A stretch of 64,000 nt of DNA, from the NCBI GenBank assembly GCA_965206595.1, contig OZ242214.1:1888001-1952000 (forward strand). Direction: 5' to 3'. Every line of letters starts with the position of its first letter. The stretch's first letter is position 1. This DNA comes from Candidatus Latescibacterota bacterium. Its GTDB lineage: Bacteria > Latescibacterota > UBA2968 > UBA8231. The notes under the pieces are model-generated. The model was not told the DNA's origin, searched no databases, and saw only the letters and a list, made by a program, of their open reading frames with translations. Below are positions 41,065 to 51,465 of this stretch, one piece after another. A program made the position numbers and the translations under genes.

Positions 41065-42318
41065 GTGGAAATCACGGCCAGCGATCTCAAGGGCCGGACG
41101 GTGGTCATGGCCGTTTCCGGAGGACTGGACAGCTGTACCATAACCCATTGGCTCGCACGGCAGGGAGTCGGGGTAATCGCCTACACCGCTGACCTCGGAC
41201 AACCGGATGAAGATGACGTCGGAGACGTGCGCGCGCGCATGCTGGCATGCGGCGCAAAGGAGGCCGTCCTCGATGATCTCAAACCTGAAATCGCCACCGC
41301 TGGACTGCAGCTAGTTCAGGCATCGGCACGTTATGAAGGCGGGTACTGGAACACGACCGCCATAGCCCGCCATGTGGTGGTTGCGGCAATGGTCCCGGTG
41401 TTGCGACAACGTGGAGTCTCGATTCTGGGCCATGGCTGTACCGGTCGCGGCAACGATCAGGTGCGCTTCGAACTGGGGGTCCAGATGCTCGATCCCGCAA
41501 TCGGTGTGTACGCTCCCTGGCGTGACCCTGCATTCCTTCAGGAGTTCGGGGGTCGCCGGCAGATGATCGACTACTGCCGTGATTTCGGCCTGCCCGTCAG
41601 GGCGACTCACGACTCCCCCTATTCGACCGACGCCAACATGCTGGGATTGACCCACGAAGCGGGGGAACTCGAAGACCTCGCCACCCCGGCCTGCCGAATC
41701 GATCCGGGCATGGGACGGTTTCCCGTGGATGCACCGGACGAGCCCGAAGCTTTCGAGGTCCACTTTGAAAAGGGTTTGCCGGTGAAACTCGGAAAGCGCG
41801 AGGTTACCCCTGTCGAAGCGCTCGAGACCTGCAACCAGATCGCCGGCCGCCATGGGGTGGGGATCGGACTGCACACCGTCGAGAACCGCTTTGTCGGCAT
41901 CAAATCCCGGGGGGTGTACGAGGCGCCCGGCATGGAGCTACTGGGGCGCAGTCACGAGTACCTGCTGCAGTTGATCCTCGACCGCCGCTGCCGGCGATTG
42001 TACGATCAGATATCGTCCCACATCGCCGAACAGATCTACCAGGGATACGGGTTCGACACCGCGACCCAGGCATCCTGGGCTTTCGTAAAACAGCTGAGCC
42101 GCATGGTCACCGGAACCATTTCCTCGACACTCTACAAGGGGAATGTGTCCTTTCGGGCCGCGGCGAATGCGCCGTACAGCCTGTACGACGCCGACACCTC
42201 CTCAATGGAGGAGATCGGTGAATTCGACCACCGCGATTCCCAGGGATTCCTCGGGGTTCTCGGTGTCTCCGCCCGGGCCCTCAACCACGCTGGTCAGAGC
42301 CGTTTGCGGGATGAATGA
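41065..42318 (+). CDS. argG: Argininosuccinate synthase
   Basis: SGGLDS, HGCTGRGNDQVRF, YSTDAN, ENRFVGIKSRGVYEAPG. Confidence 0.95.
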   Translation: MEITASDLKGRTVVMAVSGGLDSCTITHWLARQGVGVIAYTADLGQPDEDDVGDVRARMLACGAKEAVLDDLKPEIATAGLQLVQASARYEGGYWNTTAIARHVVVAAMVPVLRQRGVSILGHGCTGRGNDQVRFELGVQMLDPAIGVYAPWRDPAFLQEFGGRRQMIDYCRDFGLPVRATHDSPYSTDANMLGLTHEAGELEDLATPACRIDPGMGRFPVDAPDEPEAFEVHFEKGLPVKLGKREVTPVEALETCNQIAGRHGVGIGLHTVENRFVGIKSRGVYEAPGMELLGRSHEYLLQLILDRRCRRLYDQISSHIAEQIYQGYGFDTATQASWAFVKQLSRMVTGTISSTLYKGNVSFRAAANAPYSLYDADTSSMEEIGEFDHRDSQGFLGVLGVSARALNHAGQSRLRDE

Positions 42319-42358
42319 GAGGCGTGCCCGGCTTCGTCCGGTTGACCGTGAGGCGCGG

Positions 42359-43270
42359 TCAGAGATTCAGCAACGAGTCGAGATCTCCGAGAATGCGATT
42401 GAGCTCGCGGCGGTCGAACGCATCCAAATCCGGGCCGGGTACCCTTCTCTTTGCCGTTGCAATGAGGCCCCTTCTCACGAGAATCTCCTTGTAGACGGCC
42501 AGTCCGTACAATCTCTCGTAGCTCATCAAGGGAAGAATACGCTCGAAAAGAGCACGGGCTTCCTCCTCGGCACCCCGTTCCAGCTTGTCCCAGATTGAAG
42601 CGAGCAAGTCGGCATTGTGAGAGCCTGGCATGCTTCCGGTCGCTCCGCGCAGGTATTCATCTATGAGGAAGATGCCCCCCTGGCCGCCGAAAATGCCCCT
42701 GCAATCAGCGCCGGTCGCTGACAGCGTTGCCGAGATCCGCTGGGGTTCGGGAGCCACCTCTTCCTTGATATAGTCGACCCCCTCCAACTCCCGGCAGATC
42801 CGCGCCAGCAGTTCTGGGCTCATCGGGGTCCCGAGCGGGGCGCTGAAATTCTGTACGATGACCGGTACGCGCAGATTCCTGGAGAGGTGTTCGTAATACC
42901 GGAAACATCCGTCCGGTTCGCGGTGCAACACGAGGGGCGGCATCGACATCACTCCTGCGGCTCCCAGACCTTCGGCGAACCGGCCGAGCTCGACAGCGGG
43001 CAGTTCGTGGCCCGAGGTGATCGAGGCGATCACCGGCACCCGCTCCTGCGCGGCCCTGACGGCGATTTCCAGCCAGCGCCTGCGCTCGCCGTCCGACAGG
43101 GCCGTAAACTCGCTCGCATTCGCCGGGCCGACGATGCCGCGAACCCCCCCTTCGACACAGAGCCCGACCTGTCTTCGCAGCCCCTCTTCGTCGAGTTCCA
43201 GGGAATCCGAAAAAGGGGTGATGACTATGGCGAAAATCCCCGACCAGTTGTCAGCCTCTCTTTTTCCGAT
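42359..43270 (-). CDS. Dihydrodipicolinate synthase family protein; probable ATC start
   Basis: Frame stays open upstream of 43039 (GIFAIVITPF, LDEEGL, ANASEF); YIKEE catalytic Lys; AAGGAG 8 nt before ATC at 43270. Confidence 0.8.
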   Translation of the reverse strand: MGKREADNWSGIFAIVITPFSDSLELDEEGLRRQVGLCVEGGVRGIVGPANASEFTALSDGERRRWLEIAVRAAQERVPVIASITSGHELPAVELGRFAEGLGAAGVMSMPPLVLHREPDGCFRYYEHLSRNLRVPVIVQNFSAPLGTPMSPELLARICRELEGVDYIKEEVAPEPQRISATLSATGADCRGIFGGQGGIFLIDEYLRGATGSMPGSHNADLLASIWDKLERGAEEEARALFERILPLMSYERLYGLAVYKEILVRRGLIATAKRRVPGPDLDAFDRRELNRILGDLDSLLNL

Positions 43271-44132
43271 GGTGATTTCTCCTTTGTTTCCGCTGTGATT
43301 TCCCCTTTCCCCTGACAGCTATCCAGACCTGGATTCCGCCCTGGGCGACCGGCTCCCCGCGGAAGCCACCGTATAGCGCGGCCACCTCGAAACCGCTGGC
43401 GCGCAATACTTTTTCGATGTGTGTTCTGGAGCAGCAGCGCAACGACAGCCCGGTCGTCCGGCTTCGCAGAAACCGGCCGTTTTCGTCGCGCTCGTCGAAG
43501 ATCAACTGCTGACGCAGAATTCGGGTATCTGCATCTACATTGCGTGTGTAGCGGACTTCCACGCTGATTCCGCCGGCAACTTCAAACCTGGTGTCGAAAG
43601 TCGGATCAGGCTGCCCGGCGAGCGATGACGGATCGAAGGTGTCGAATACCAGCGCCCCACCGGGGCTCAGATGCTCGCGTATCCGATGCAGACAGCGGCG
43701 CTGATCTGCATCGCTCAGGAGATGCTGAAAAGCGCGGTACGGAACGAGGATCAGGGGGAACCGCTCCCGAAGCCAGAAGTTGCGCATATCGCCGCGGATG
43801 GCATGTGCGATTCCCCGGCGGGAGGACCCGAGCGCAGCGAGCTTGGGCCGCAACAGCCGGAGCATCTGAGCCGAGCGCTCTATGCCGACTACTGCCTTGC
43901 CGGTTCCTGCTATCGGTATCAGGATACGCCCGCTGCCACACCCCAACTCGAGGATAGGCGAACCAGCCTGCTCGGCGGCGAGAAGATAGAAGTCGAGGTC
44001 GCCATCGACCCCGGTGAAATACTGGTCGTAGTACTGCGCCTGGGGGCCGGTGTATTCTTCGATGAGCTGGCTGATTCTACAGCAGGTCTTCGACCACCGA
44101 TTGTTCCTCCCGCAGCTCGGTGGTCGTGGCAT
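43251..44132 (-). CDS. Class I SAM-dependent methyltransferase (start uncertain)
   Basis: [27 protein letters not shown]. Confidence 0.85.
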   Translation of the reverse strand: MPRPPSCGRNNRWSKTCCRISQLIEEYTGPQAQYYDQYFTGVDGDLDFYLLAAEQAGSPILELGCGSGRILIPIAGTGKAVVGIERSAQMLRLLRPKLAALGSSRRGIAHAIRGDMRNFWLRERFPLILVPYRAFQHLLSDADQRRCLHRIREHLSPGGALVFDTFDPSSLAGQPDPTFDTRFEVAGGISVEVRYTRNVDADTRILRQQLIFDERDENGRFLRSRTTGLSLRCCSRTHIEKVLRASGFEVAALYGGFRGEPVAQGGIQVWIAVRGKGKSQRKQRRNHHRKKRG

Positions 44133-45063
44133 CGATCTTTTGCTGCGCGAAGTCGCTCAGTGGAAGGTTCTGAACGACTCTGCAGCTGCCGTTGCCGTTG
44201 CTCGTGACTGGGTAGGAAAAGATGATTCCCGGGGCGATCCCGTAACTGCCGTCCGAGGGCACCGCCGCGGAAAACCAGTCCCCCTCCGGCGTCGGAGACT
44301 GCAGGCTGATCACGTGATCGAGGGCGGCGTTGGCCGCCGATGCCGCGGACGACAGCCCGCGGGCGCTGATTACGGCAGCGCCCCGCTGCTGGACGACCTC
44401 GATGAATTCCCCCTGTATCCAGTCCTCGTCGTCGATGACGTCCGTTGCAGGCTTGCCGTCTATGCGGGCATTTTCCGCGTCGGGATACTGAGTGGCACTG
44501 TGGTTGCCCCAGATCGTCATGTTGGTTACCGAAGTCACCGGGACTCCCGCCTTCTTGGAGAGTTGGGTCATTGCCCGGTTCTGGTCCAGCCGCGTCATGG
44601 CGTGAAAGCGCTCAGAGGGAATACCGGCCTTGACTCCGTGGTTCATCGCAATCAGGCAGTTGGTGTTGGCGGGATTGCCGACCACCAAAACCCTGATATC
44701 GCTAGCCGCCCTGGCAAAGGCCTGGCCCTGGCCCACGAAAATCGGACCGTTCTCCCGCAGGAGATCCCCCCGCTCCATCCCCTTGCCGCGAGGTTTTGCA
44801 CCGACGAGCAAGGCCCAGTTGACGCCGTCGAAGGCAACCCCGGCCCTGTCGGTAGTGACGACGTCCGCCAGCAGGGGAAAGGCGCAGTCGTCCAGTTCCA
44901 TCACTACACCTTCGAGGGCTGGCAAGGCCGATGTTATTTCCAGCAGACGAAGGATGACCTTGGTATCTGGCCCGAAGATCTCGCCCGAGGCCAGTCGGGG
45001 TAGCAAGGCGTAACCAATTTGTCCTGCTGCGCCGGTGACGGCGACTCGAACCGTTTGTGCCAT
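44077..45063 (-). CDS. mdh: Malate dehydrogenase
   Basis: [34 protein letters not shown]. Confidence 0.96.
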   Translation of the reverse strand: MAQTVRVAVTGAAGQIGYALLPRLASGEIFGPDTKVILRLLEITSALPALEGVVMELDDCAFPLLADVVTTDRAGVAFDGVNWALLVGAKPRGKGMERGDLLRENGPIFVGQGQAFARAASDIRVLVVGNPANTNCLIAMNHGVKAGIPSERFHAMTRLDQNRAMTQLSKKAGVPVTSVTNMTIWGNHSATQYPDAENARIDGKPATDVIDDEDWIQGEFIEVVQQRGAAVISARGLSSAASAANAALDHVISLQSPTPEGDWFSAAVPSDGSYGIAPGIIFSYPVTSNGNGSCRVVQNLPLSDFAQQKIDATTTELREEQSVVEDLL

Positions 45064-45258
45064 ATCAGATCGATGCTCCTCGAAAAAACTGGGGTTGTGA
45101 ATCGGTGCAAATCAAAACTGGAGAAACCGCCGGAACCCGGCAACCCGTTAATCGACGCAGCGGATACCGGGGTACCGGGACGGAGAGTAGACCGGTCCCA
45201 TGGAGTGCATCTGTTGACACTTCGGGGCTGTGAGCTACCTTCTTCTGCCGCCTCGGAA

Positions 45259-45344
45259 GGGGGGATACCCAAGCGGTCAACGGGGGTAGACTGTAAATCT
45301 ACTGGCGTACGCCTTCGCAGGTTCGAATCCTGCTCCCCCCACCA
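45259..45344 (+). tRNA. tRNA-Tyr(GTA)
   Basis: GTAGA-CTGTAAA-TCTAC anticodon arm, variable arm, CCA. Confidence 0.95.
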
Positions 45345-45571
45345 TTCATCCCCCCAGGTACCCTGCTCGCCATCCACTCCGTTTTGCCGTCCCATCGGCG
45401 GCGCGTCGTTCTGTCCGAACCCCCATACAATCTTTCGTATGGTAACCACAAAAGTGAAAGCAGCCAGGGCAGCGACCTGACCCCATTGCCATATCCGCCA
45501 GGATATGGGTTCACGCTTCGGGAGTGCGCAGATTCGGCCGCTCGAGGATCTCTACCGGCGGCCAAGTGGAA

Positions 45572-46792
45572 CTACCGACCTTTAAGCTCCCTGCGGATGG
45601 AAGCGAGCTTGTTCTGGTTTTCCCCGTCCAACCGGTTAAAGGCCTCGAAGAGAAACGCCAAGACCCCGCTGAGGAGCGCGCTCACCGCGAAGGCTCCGAC
45701 TACGATCAGGGTTCGGCGTGGGCGGCTGCGGGTACGGGGAGGGGTCGCCGGGTCGAGGATCTGCAGGGTGGGAGTGTTGAGGGCCTCGCGGTATTTCGCC
45801 TCTTCGAATCTGGTCCCGAGGAAACGGATGATCTCCGCGCGCAACTCGACTGCGAGGGTGAGTTCGGAGTGCTCGAGCATCAATTTGGGCAGTTCCCGAA
45901 GAGGTGGACCAAGAGACTCGAGCGGCTCCGCGTATTCCGGTTGTCCAGGGTCACTCCCCGCCACTGCCAAATTCCCCTGAAGCTTCTCCACTTGCTCGCG
46001 GAGGGCCGTCACCTTCATCTCGTGCAGCTTTCGGTCTTCGTGCTGCGAGTACAGCTGGCGTTCCAACAGGCTGAGCTCGACCTCGAGTTCAGCCAACTCC
46101 TTGACGATTCCCTTCAGGACATCGACGGCGGCGCTGGTCTGGGCCTCAAGATCGACCAACCCGTGCTGCTCCTGAAACGACTGCAAGGACCTCGCGCTCA
46201 GCCTAAGCTCCTCCTCGGTCAGCTCGATTCGCTTTTCCAGGAACTCTTTCAGGTCGCGTGCCTGCTGGCGTTTGTACTGGCGATTGACCCTGTCGAGCTG
46301 CCTTGCCAACCCATTGGTCAGATTCGCGGCAAGTTGGGGATCATCCGCGCTGACGCGAATCGTCAGCGAGCCATCGTCTTCCATTTCGTATTCGATCTGC
46401 TCGCGCAGGGTTTCGATCGCCCTGTCGCGGTGGGGCACTCCGAAAAGTGAGACCAGCTCGAACTCGTCGACGATACCGCCGGCGACTCTATTGCTTTCGA
46501 GCAGGGTTACCAGTCGCTCCGATGGAGTGGCTCCTCCCACCAGACCGCGGAGACCTGCCGGCATTGCGTTTCCAAGGACAAAAGACAAGCCCATCCTGGC
46601 TCCTCCCTCTTCTTCGGGAGGCAACAGCTTCGTCTGCGCAGTCCAGGTCTGGGGCAGCACCAGGCTCGTGGCAACTGCGGCGATCGTAACAGTCAGTGTC
46701 GATACCACAATGAAGCGGCGCCACCTGACCAGTACCAAGAGGTGGTCGAGAAGGTTATGCTCGCCGCGGAGCCCGTGTTCGGATTCACCCAT
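45572..46792 (-). CDS. Polysaccharide co-polymerase (Wzz/GumC-like, no kinase domain)
   Basis: Two TM helices flanking a coiled coil; ILDPATPP...P. Confidence 0.85.
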   Translation of the reverse strand: MGESEHGLRGEHNLLDHLLVLVRWRRFIVVSTLTVTIAAVATSLVLPQTWTAQTKLLPPEEEGGARMGLSFVLGNAMPAGLRGLVGGATPSERLVTLLESNRVAGGIVDEFELVSLFGVPHRDRAIETLREQIEYEMEDDGSLTIRVSADDPQLAANLTNGLARQLDRVNRQYKRQQARDLKEFLEKRIELTEEELRLSARSLQSFQEQHGLVDLEAQTSAAVDVLKGIVKELAELEVELSLLERQLYSQHEDRKLHEMKVTALREQVEKLQGNLAVAGSDPGQPEYAEPLESLGPPLRELPKLMLEHSELTLAVELRAEIIRFLGTRFEEAKYREALNTPTLQILDPATPPRTRSRPRRTLIVVGAFAVSALLSGVLAFLFEAFNRLDGENQNKLASIRRELKGR

Positions 46793-47693
46793 GGATTTCC
46801 ACTACCATGCCAGCGTCGTCGAAGGGGAGCTGCAGGATTCGGCTTTCGATGCTGCTGTTTCTCCAGGTTTCCTGCATCGCCTTTCCGGGAAACTCGTCCC
46901 CGGCCCTCACGAAGGCGAGCACGGATGGGCCGGAACCGCTCAGCGCCGCTCCGAGCGCCCCCGCTTCCACAGCGGCGTCGCACACCGCCTGCATTCCGGG
47001 GACAAGGCCGAGCCTGTACGGTTGGTGCAGCAGATCGCGCATCGCACAGGCCAGCAGTTCGACTTCACCGGAGGCGACCGCGGCGGTGAGAAGGGCGACC
47101 CGGGCTTGGTTGGCAACCGCGTCGTCGAAGGCAACTGTGGCTGGCAAAGCTGCCCGCGACGGGATCGTCTCCAGTTCGAAGTCCGAAATGGCTACTGCCG
47201 CCTCCAATCCCGGGGGCTCGGGAAGTCGCACAAAATCGCCTGCCCCTGCTGCGTGAGCGGTCACGCAGAAACCTCCGAAGAGGCTGGCACAGACGTTGTC
47301 GGCGTGCCCCTCCCTGGCCGATGCCTGCGCCAGCAGCTGTCCCCGGTCGACCTCGCCTACAGCCAGGGCCGAAGCTGCGGCCAGGGCCGCCAGGGTCGCT
47401 GCGGCGCTGCTGCCGAGACCCCGTGCCAGAGGTATGCGATTGTCCGACTCGACTCGCAGATGCCCAGGTTTGTACCCGGTTTCTTCAAAGACCGCGGACA
47501 TGGCTATCAAGACCGGATTGGTCTCATCACTCGGAAGCGACTCGGAGCCTTCCCCGGTCAGGGAGACATCGACACCGGCTCCAGGCAGCTCACTGACGAT
47601 AAGAGTATGGTGGAGGGCGAGCGCCAGTCCGATGCAGTCGAAGCCCGGTCCCAGGTTTGCGGTGGAGGCGGGCACTTTCACGCGGACGTTCAC
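46785..47693 (-). CDS. thrB: Homoserine kinase
   Basis: VPASTANLGPGFD, PLARGLGSSAA, EGHADN, LSGSGP. Confidence 0.95.
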   Translation of the reverse strand: MNVRVKVPASTANLGPGFDCIGLALALHHTLIVSELPGAGVDVSLTGEGSESLPSDETNPVLIAMSAVFEETGYKPGHLRVESDNRIPLARGLGSSAAATLAALAAASALAVGEVDRGQLLAQASAREGHADNVCASLFGGFCVTAHAAGAGDFVRLPEPPGLEAAVAISDFELETIPSRAALPATVAFDDAVANQARVALLTAAVASGEVELLACAMRDLLHQPYRLGLVPGMQAVCDAAVEAGALGAALSGSGPSVLAFVRAGDEFPGKAMQETWRNSSIESRILQLPFDDAGMVVEIHG

Positions 47694-48859
47694 GCCGGTT
47701 CCCGTGCGCAGCGCTCAAACAGCTCCGCAATCTCGACGCTGATCGCGTCTGCCACCGGAATCCCCTTTGCCGTGAGCCGCAAGTGGCTGTCACACATCTC
47801 GAGATAGCCCTCCGTCACCAGTGGAATCCGCTTCAACTCGCGCCCGAGCCGCAACTGCTCTTGTCCACTCAAGGCCACTCCGTCCCTGGTGCGCAGCCCC
47901 AGAAACAGGCGTTCCCTGTTCTCGATGGACAGATCGATTGCCTCCTGTCCAGCTATAGGAGAATCCCCCTCCTCCAGGGCCCTCATGTAGTCGTACAGAT
48001 TCGCGCGGTTCCAACAGCGCACTCCCCTGAGGTGGCTGTGCGCAGACATGCCGACACCGAGGTACTCCCCACGAGCCCAGTATGCCGAATTGTGACGGCA
48101 ACGATGGCCGGGCTTCGCGAAGTTCGAAACCTCGTACTGCTCGTACCCCGCTTGCGACAGCCTTTCGATCCCTAGGGAAAACTGCTCGGCCTCCTCCTCC
48201 TGGGATTGCGGTTGTACGCGACCTGAAGCAACCTGCCTCTCCAGCGCCGTCCCTTCTTCTATCGTCAGGGAATAGGTCGATACGTGATCGGGGGAGAGAC
48301 AAAGGACTGTATCCAAGGTTCGCAGCCAATCGCTTCGAGGGACACCGGGAACGGCAAAGATCAGATCGAGATTGACGCTGGCGAACCCCGCCTCTCGAGC
48401 GCGTTCGAACGCGCTCTCCGCGTCCGCGGCGGAGTGAAGGCGACCTAGCTTCTTCAGGCTTGAGTCGCGGAACGACTGGGCGCCGATGCTAATGCGGTTG
48501 AACCCCACCTTCCGCAAGTCTCCGAAGTGGGCACAGTCTCTTCCTGGATTTACCTCTATGCTGATCTCGCAATCCGCTTCCATCCCACAGGCGCTGTCAG
48601 CGGTTTCGAGAATCCGGGCAAGGTGCTGGTCGTCGAGTCGGCTTGGCGTTCCACCGCCGAAAAACACGGTCGCAAAGGGGGCTCCGGGCTCCTCACCTCG
48701 GCGGGCAAGTTCCCGGCAGACTGCATCGACGTAACGCCCGTGGAGGGATCGCTTTCCCACGACCACCGCAAAGCCGCAATAGGGACAGTGCTGCGGGCAG
48801 AATGGAATATGCACGTACAGCCCCATCCGGTTCGGTTTCCCGTGGAAGGAGGAGGGCAT
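47690..48859 (-). CDS. hemW: Radical SAM heme chaperone
   Basis: LYVHIPFCPQHCPYCGF, GGGTPS, YEVSNFA, HN. Confidence 0.9.
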   Translation of the reverse strand: MPSSFHGKPNRMGLYVHIPFCPQHCPYCGFAVVVGKRSLHGRYVDAVCRELARRGEEPGAPFATVFFGGGTPSRLDDQHLARILETADSACGMEADCEISIEVNPGRDCAHFGDLRKVGFNRISIGAQSFRDSSLKKLGRLHSAADAESAFERAREAGFASVNLDLIFAVPGVPRSDWLRTLDTVLCLSPDHVSTYSLTIEEGTALERQVASGRVQPQSQEEEAEQFSLGIERLSQAGYEQYEVSNFAKPGHRCRHNSAYWARGEYLGVGMSAHSHLRGVRCWNRANLYDYMRALEEGDSPIAGQEAIDLSIENRERLFLGLRTRDGVALSGQEQLRLGRELKRIPLVTEGYLEMCDSHLRLTAKGIPVADAISVEIAELFERCAREPA

Positions 48860-48865
48860 CTTGCC

Positions 48866-49612
48866 CTAAATAACCCCCTTTCCCAGCCGCGACCATCGGA
48901 TTCGCGAGGGCAGCGAGCGAACCGATTGGAAAAGGGAAACGCGGGCGTTTTCGTCCCCCCGGCTCGAGGCCTCGGGCTCGGACGACCAATACACAAGGAG
49001 CGCGCGCCCGACGGCGAATTCGTTAGGCAGGGATCCCCAGTGACGACTGTCGCGGCTGTTATCGCGGTTGTCGCCCACGAGAAACAGATGTCCGTCGGGA
49101 ACGTCGATCGGGCCCATGTTGTCCCTGGGAGTTTGCGAGGCTTCGTATACACGGGGATCGAGGTACTTGGAGAACGGCGGATCCCGAAGCCGGACTCCGT
49201 CTACATACAGCACCTTTTTCCTTACCTCCACTCTTTGCCCGCCTGCGGCGATGCACCTCTTGGCGTACAGCCGCTGGCTGTCCGGCGCCCGAAAAATCAC
49301 CACGTCTCCGGGGCGCGGGGCCCGCACCACGGGAAAGCGGAAGTTCGTGAACGGAATCTCGGCTCCATAAGAGATGTTTTCGATCAGGAGGTAGTCGCCA
49401 TAGAGAACGGTGTCCTCCATGGATCGGGAAGGAATCCGGTAACTGTCGAAAAACAGAGCCGACATCGCCCCCATGGCGGCTACCGCGATAAGTACAAGAG
49501 CTTTTCTCCCTGCCTTTCCCTTTGCCGGCCTACGCACCAGTCTTCCCGGGCTCGCTCTTTTTTTCGTGGTGGTAACGCGCCCGCTAGCGACAGGTCTTGC
49601 TCGCGCCGCCAT
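48866..49612 (-). CDS. lepB: Signal peptidase I
   Basis: IPSRSM, KR, GDNRDNSRDSR. Confidence 0.92.
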   Translation of the reverse strand: MAARARPVASGRVTTTKKRASPGRLVRRPAKGKAGRKALVLIAVAAMGAMSALFFDSYRIPSRSMEDTVLYGDYLLIENISYGAEIPFTNFRFPVVRAPRPGDVVIFRAPDSQRLYAKRCIAAGGQRVEVRKKVLYVDGVRLRDPPFSKYLDPRVYEASQTPRDNMGPIDVPDGHLFLVGDNRDNSRDSRHWGSLPNEFAVGRALLVYWSSEPEASSRGDENARVSLFQSVRSLPSRIRWSRLGKGVI

Positions 49613-51426
49613 CAGTCTTCGATTCTTAGCGCCGCCAAGAAGGCCTCCTGAGGAATCTCGACGTTGCCGAACTGTTTCATTCGCTTCTTGCCCTCCTTCT
49701 GGCGCTCGAGCAGCTTGCGCTTACGCGTTACATCGCCCCCGTAGCACTTGGCGATCACGTTCTTGCGGAAGGGCCTTACCGTCTCGCGTGCGATCACCTT
49801 GCTTCCGATCGCCGCCTGGATCACCACTTCGAACATCTGGCGCGGGATCAACTCTTTGAGCTTGGCGCACAACCGGCGCCCCCAATCCTGCGCCTTGTCG
49901 CGGTGAATTATCACGGCTAGTGCGTCCATCAGGTCTCCGTTTATCAGTACGTCGACCCGCTGCAAGGGCCCTGCCCGCATCTCCTTGTGCTCGTAGTCCA
50001 ACGACGCGTACCCCCGCGACACCGACTTGAGCCGGTCGTAGAAATCGACGACGACTTCAGCGAGAGGCAGCTCGTAATGGAGGAGCGCTCGGCTACCATC
50101 CAGGTACTCGGTGTTGACGTACGAACCGCGGCGGTCTTCTGAAATCTGCATGACACTGCCAATGAACTGGCTGGGAACAAGTATCTGCGCGTCCAGCATG
50201 GGTTCGCGAATCTCGTCAATCTCGGACAGGGCCGGCAGCAGTGAGGGGTTGTCGACCTCCACAACCTCTCCCTTCCTGGTGGAGACTTCGTAGCGAACGT
50301 TCGGTAAGGTGGTGATAATGTCGATGCGATGCTCCCGATCCAGCCTTTCCTGAACGATTTCCATGTGTAGAAGTCCGAGAAATCCGCAGCGAAAACCGAA
50401 CCCCAGCGCTGGCGAGGTCTCTGGTTCATAGGTGAAAGCGGCGTCATTCAACCGCAGTCGATCCAGCGCATCACGCAATTCGGCGTGTTCGTCCGAGTTG
50501 ACCGGGTATACACCGCTGAAAACCATTGGCTTGAGAGGCTTGTATCCTGGCAGAGGTGCGACCGTCGACGCTTCCGAGCCGGTTACGGTGTCACCTACCC
50601 GAGCCTCTGAAAGTTTCTTAACGCCGGCAATCAGGTACCCGACTTCTCCCGCCTGCAGGGAATCGCATGGAATCCGCTCGATTCGCAGTCGCCCGATCTC
50701 CTCGACCTCGTATTCCCTTCCCGTGGAATGGAAGCGGATTCTCCCGCCTTTGCGAACCTCTCCATCTACGACGCGGATAAAACAGATGACGCCCCGATAT
50801 TGGTCGTAGAGCGAGTCGAAAATCAGCGCCCGAAGCGGACCTTCTTCCACACCTGATGGCGGCGGGACTTGATCGATGATTGCCGCGGCCACCTCCTCGA
50901 TCCCAATCCCCTCCTTGGCACTGATACAGATTGCTTCATCTTCGGTTCCTGCCCCGATCAGATCCGCGATCTGTTGACGAACGCTGTCTACCTGAGCGCC
51001 CGGCATGTCGATTTTGTTGATACAGGGGATTACGGCCAGGTCGTGACCCATTGCGAGCAGAAGGTTGCTCACGGTCTGAGCTTCAACACCCTGAGTCGCA
51101 TCGACGACGAGAACAGCCCCCTCGCAGGCGGCCAGACTGCGCGAGACCTCGTACGCAAAGTCTACGTGCCCGGGGGTATCGATAAGGTTGAAGGCATACA
51201 CTTCGCCGCCCGGCGTCCGGTGTTGCATGTGCACGGCGTGTGCCTTGATGGTGATTCCGCGCTCGCGCTCCAAGTCCATGTTGTCGAGTACCTGGTCCTG
51301 CATCTGCTTGGGAGCGAGTGTTCCGGTGTACTCGAGAAAGCGATCGGCTAGGGTAGATTTGCCATGATCGATATGGGCGATAATGCAGAAGTTGCGCGTA
51401 AAGAACTGCTTGCTTGGATCTGTCAC
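49612..51426 (-). CDS. lepA: Elongation factor 4
   Basis: HIDHGKSTLAD, GFRCGFLGLLH, KCYGGD. Confidence 0.97.
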   Translation of the reverse strand: MTDPSKQFFTRNFCIIAHIDHGKSTLADRFLEYTGTLAPKQMQDQVLDNMDLERERGITIKAHAVHMQHRTPGGEVYAFNLIDTPGHVDFAYEVSRSLAACEGAVLVVDATQGVEAQTVSNLLLAMGHDLAVIPCINKIDMPGAQVDSVRQQIADLIGAGTEDEAICISAKEGIGIEEVAAAIIDQVPPPSGVEEGPLRALIFDSLYDQYRGVICFIRVVDGEVRKGGRIRFHSTGREYEVEEIGRLRIERIPCDSLQAGEVGYLIAGVKKLSEARVGDTVTGSEASTVAPLPGYKPLKPMVFSGVYPVNSDEHAELRDALDRLRLNDAAFTYEPETSPALGFGFRCGFLGLLHMEIVQERLDREHRIDIITTLPNVRYEVSTRKGEVVEVDNPSLLPALSEIDEIREPMLDAQILVPSQFIGSVMQISEDRRGSYVNTEYLDGSRALLHYELPLAEVVVDFYDRLKSVSRGYASLDYEHKEMRAGPLQRVDVLINGDLMDALAVIIHRDKAQDWGRRLCAKLKELIPRQMFEVVIQAAIGSKVIARETVRPFRKNVIAKCYGGDVTRKRKLLERQKEGKKRMKQFGNVEIPQEAFLAALRIED

Positions 51427-51465
51427 GATAGGCTGTCCGGTTGTTTTGCGATCAATTTCAAGACC

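Noticed and set aside
46272-47807. 511-aa plus-strand ORF
   Set aside because: Antisense to thrB and the Wzz-like gene; Ser/Ala/Arg-rich shadow composition
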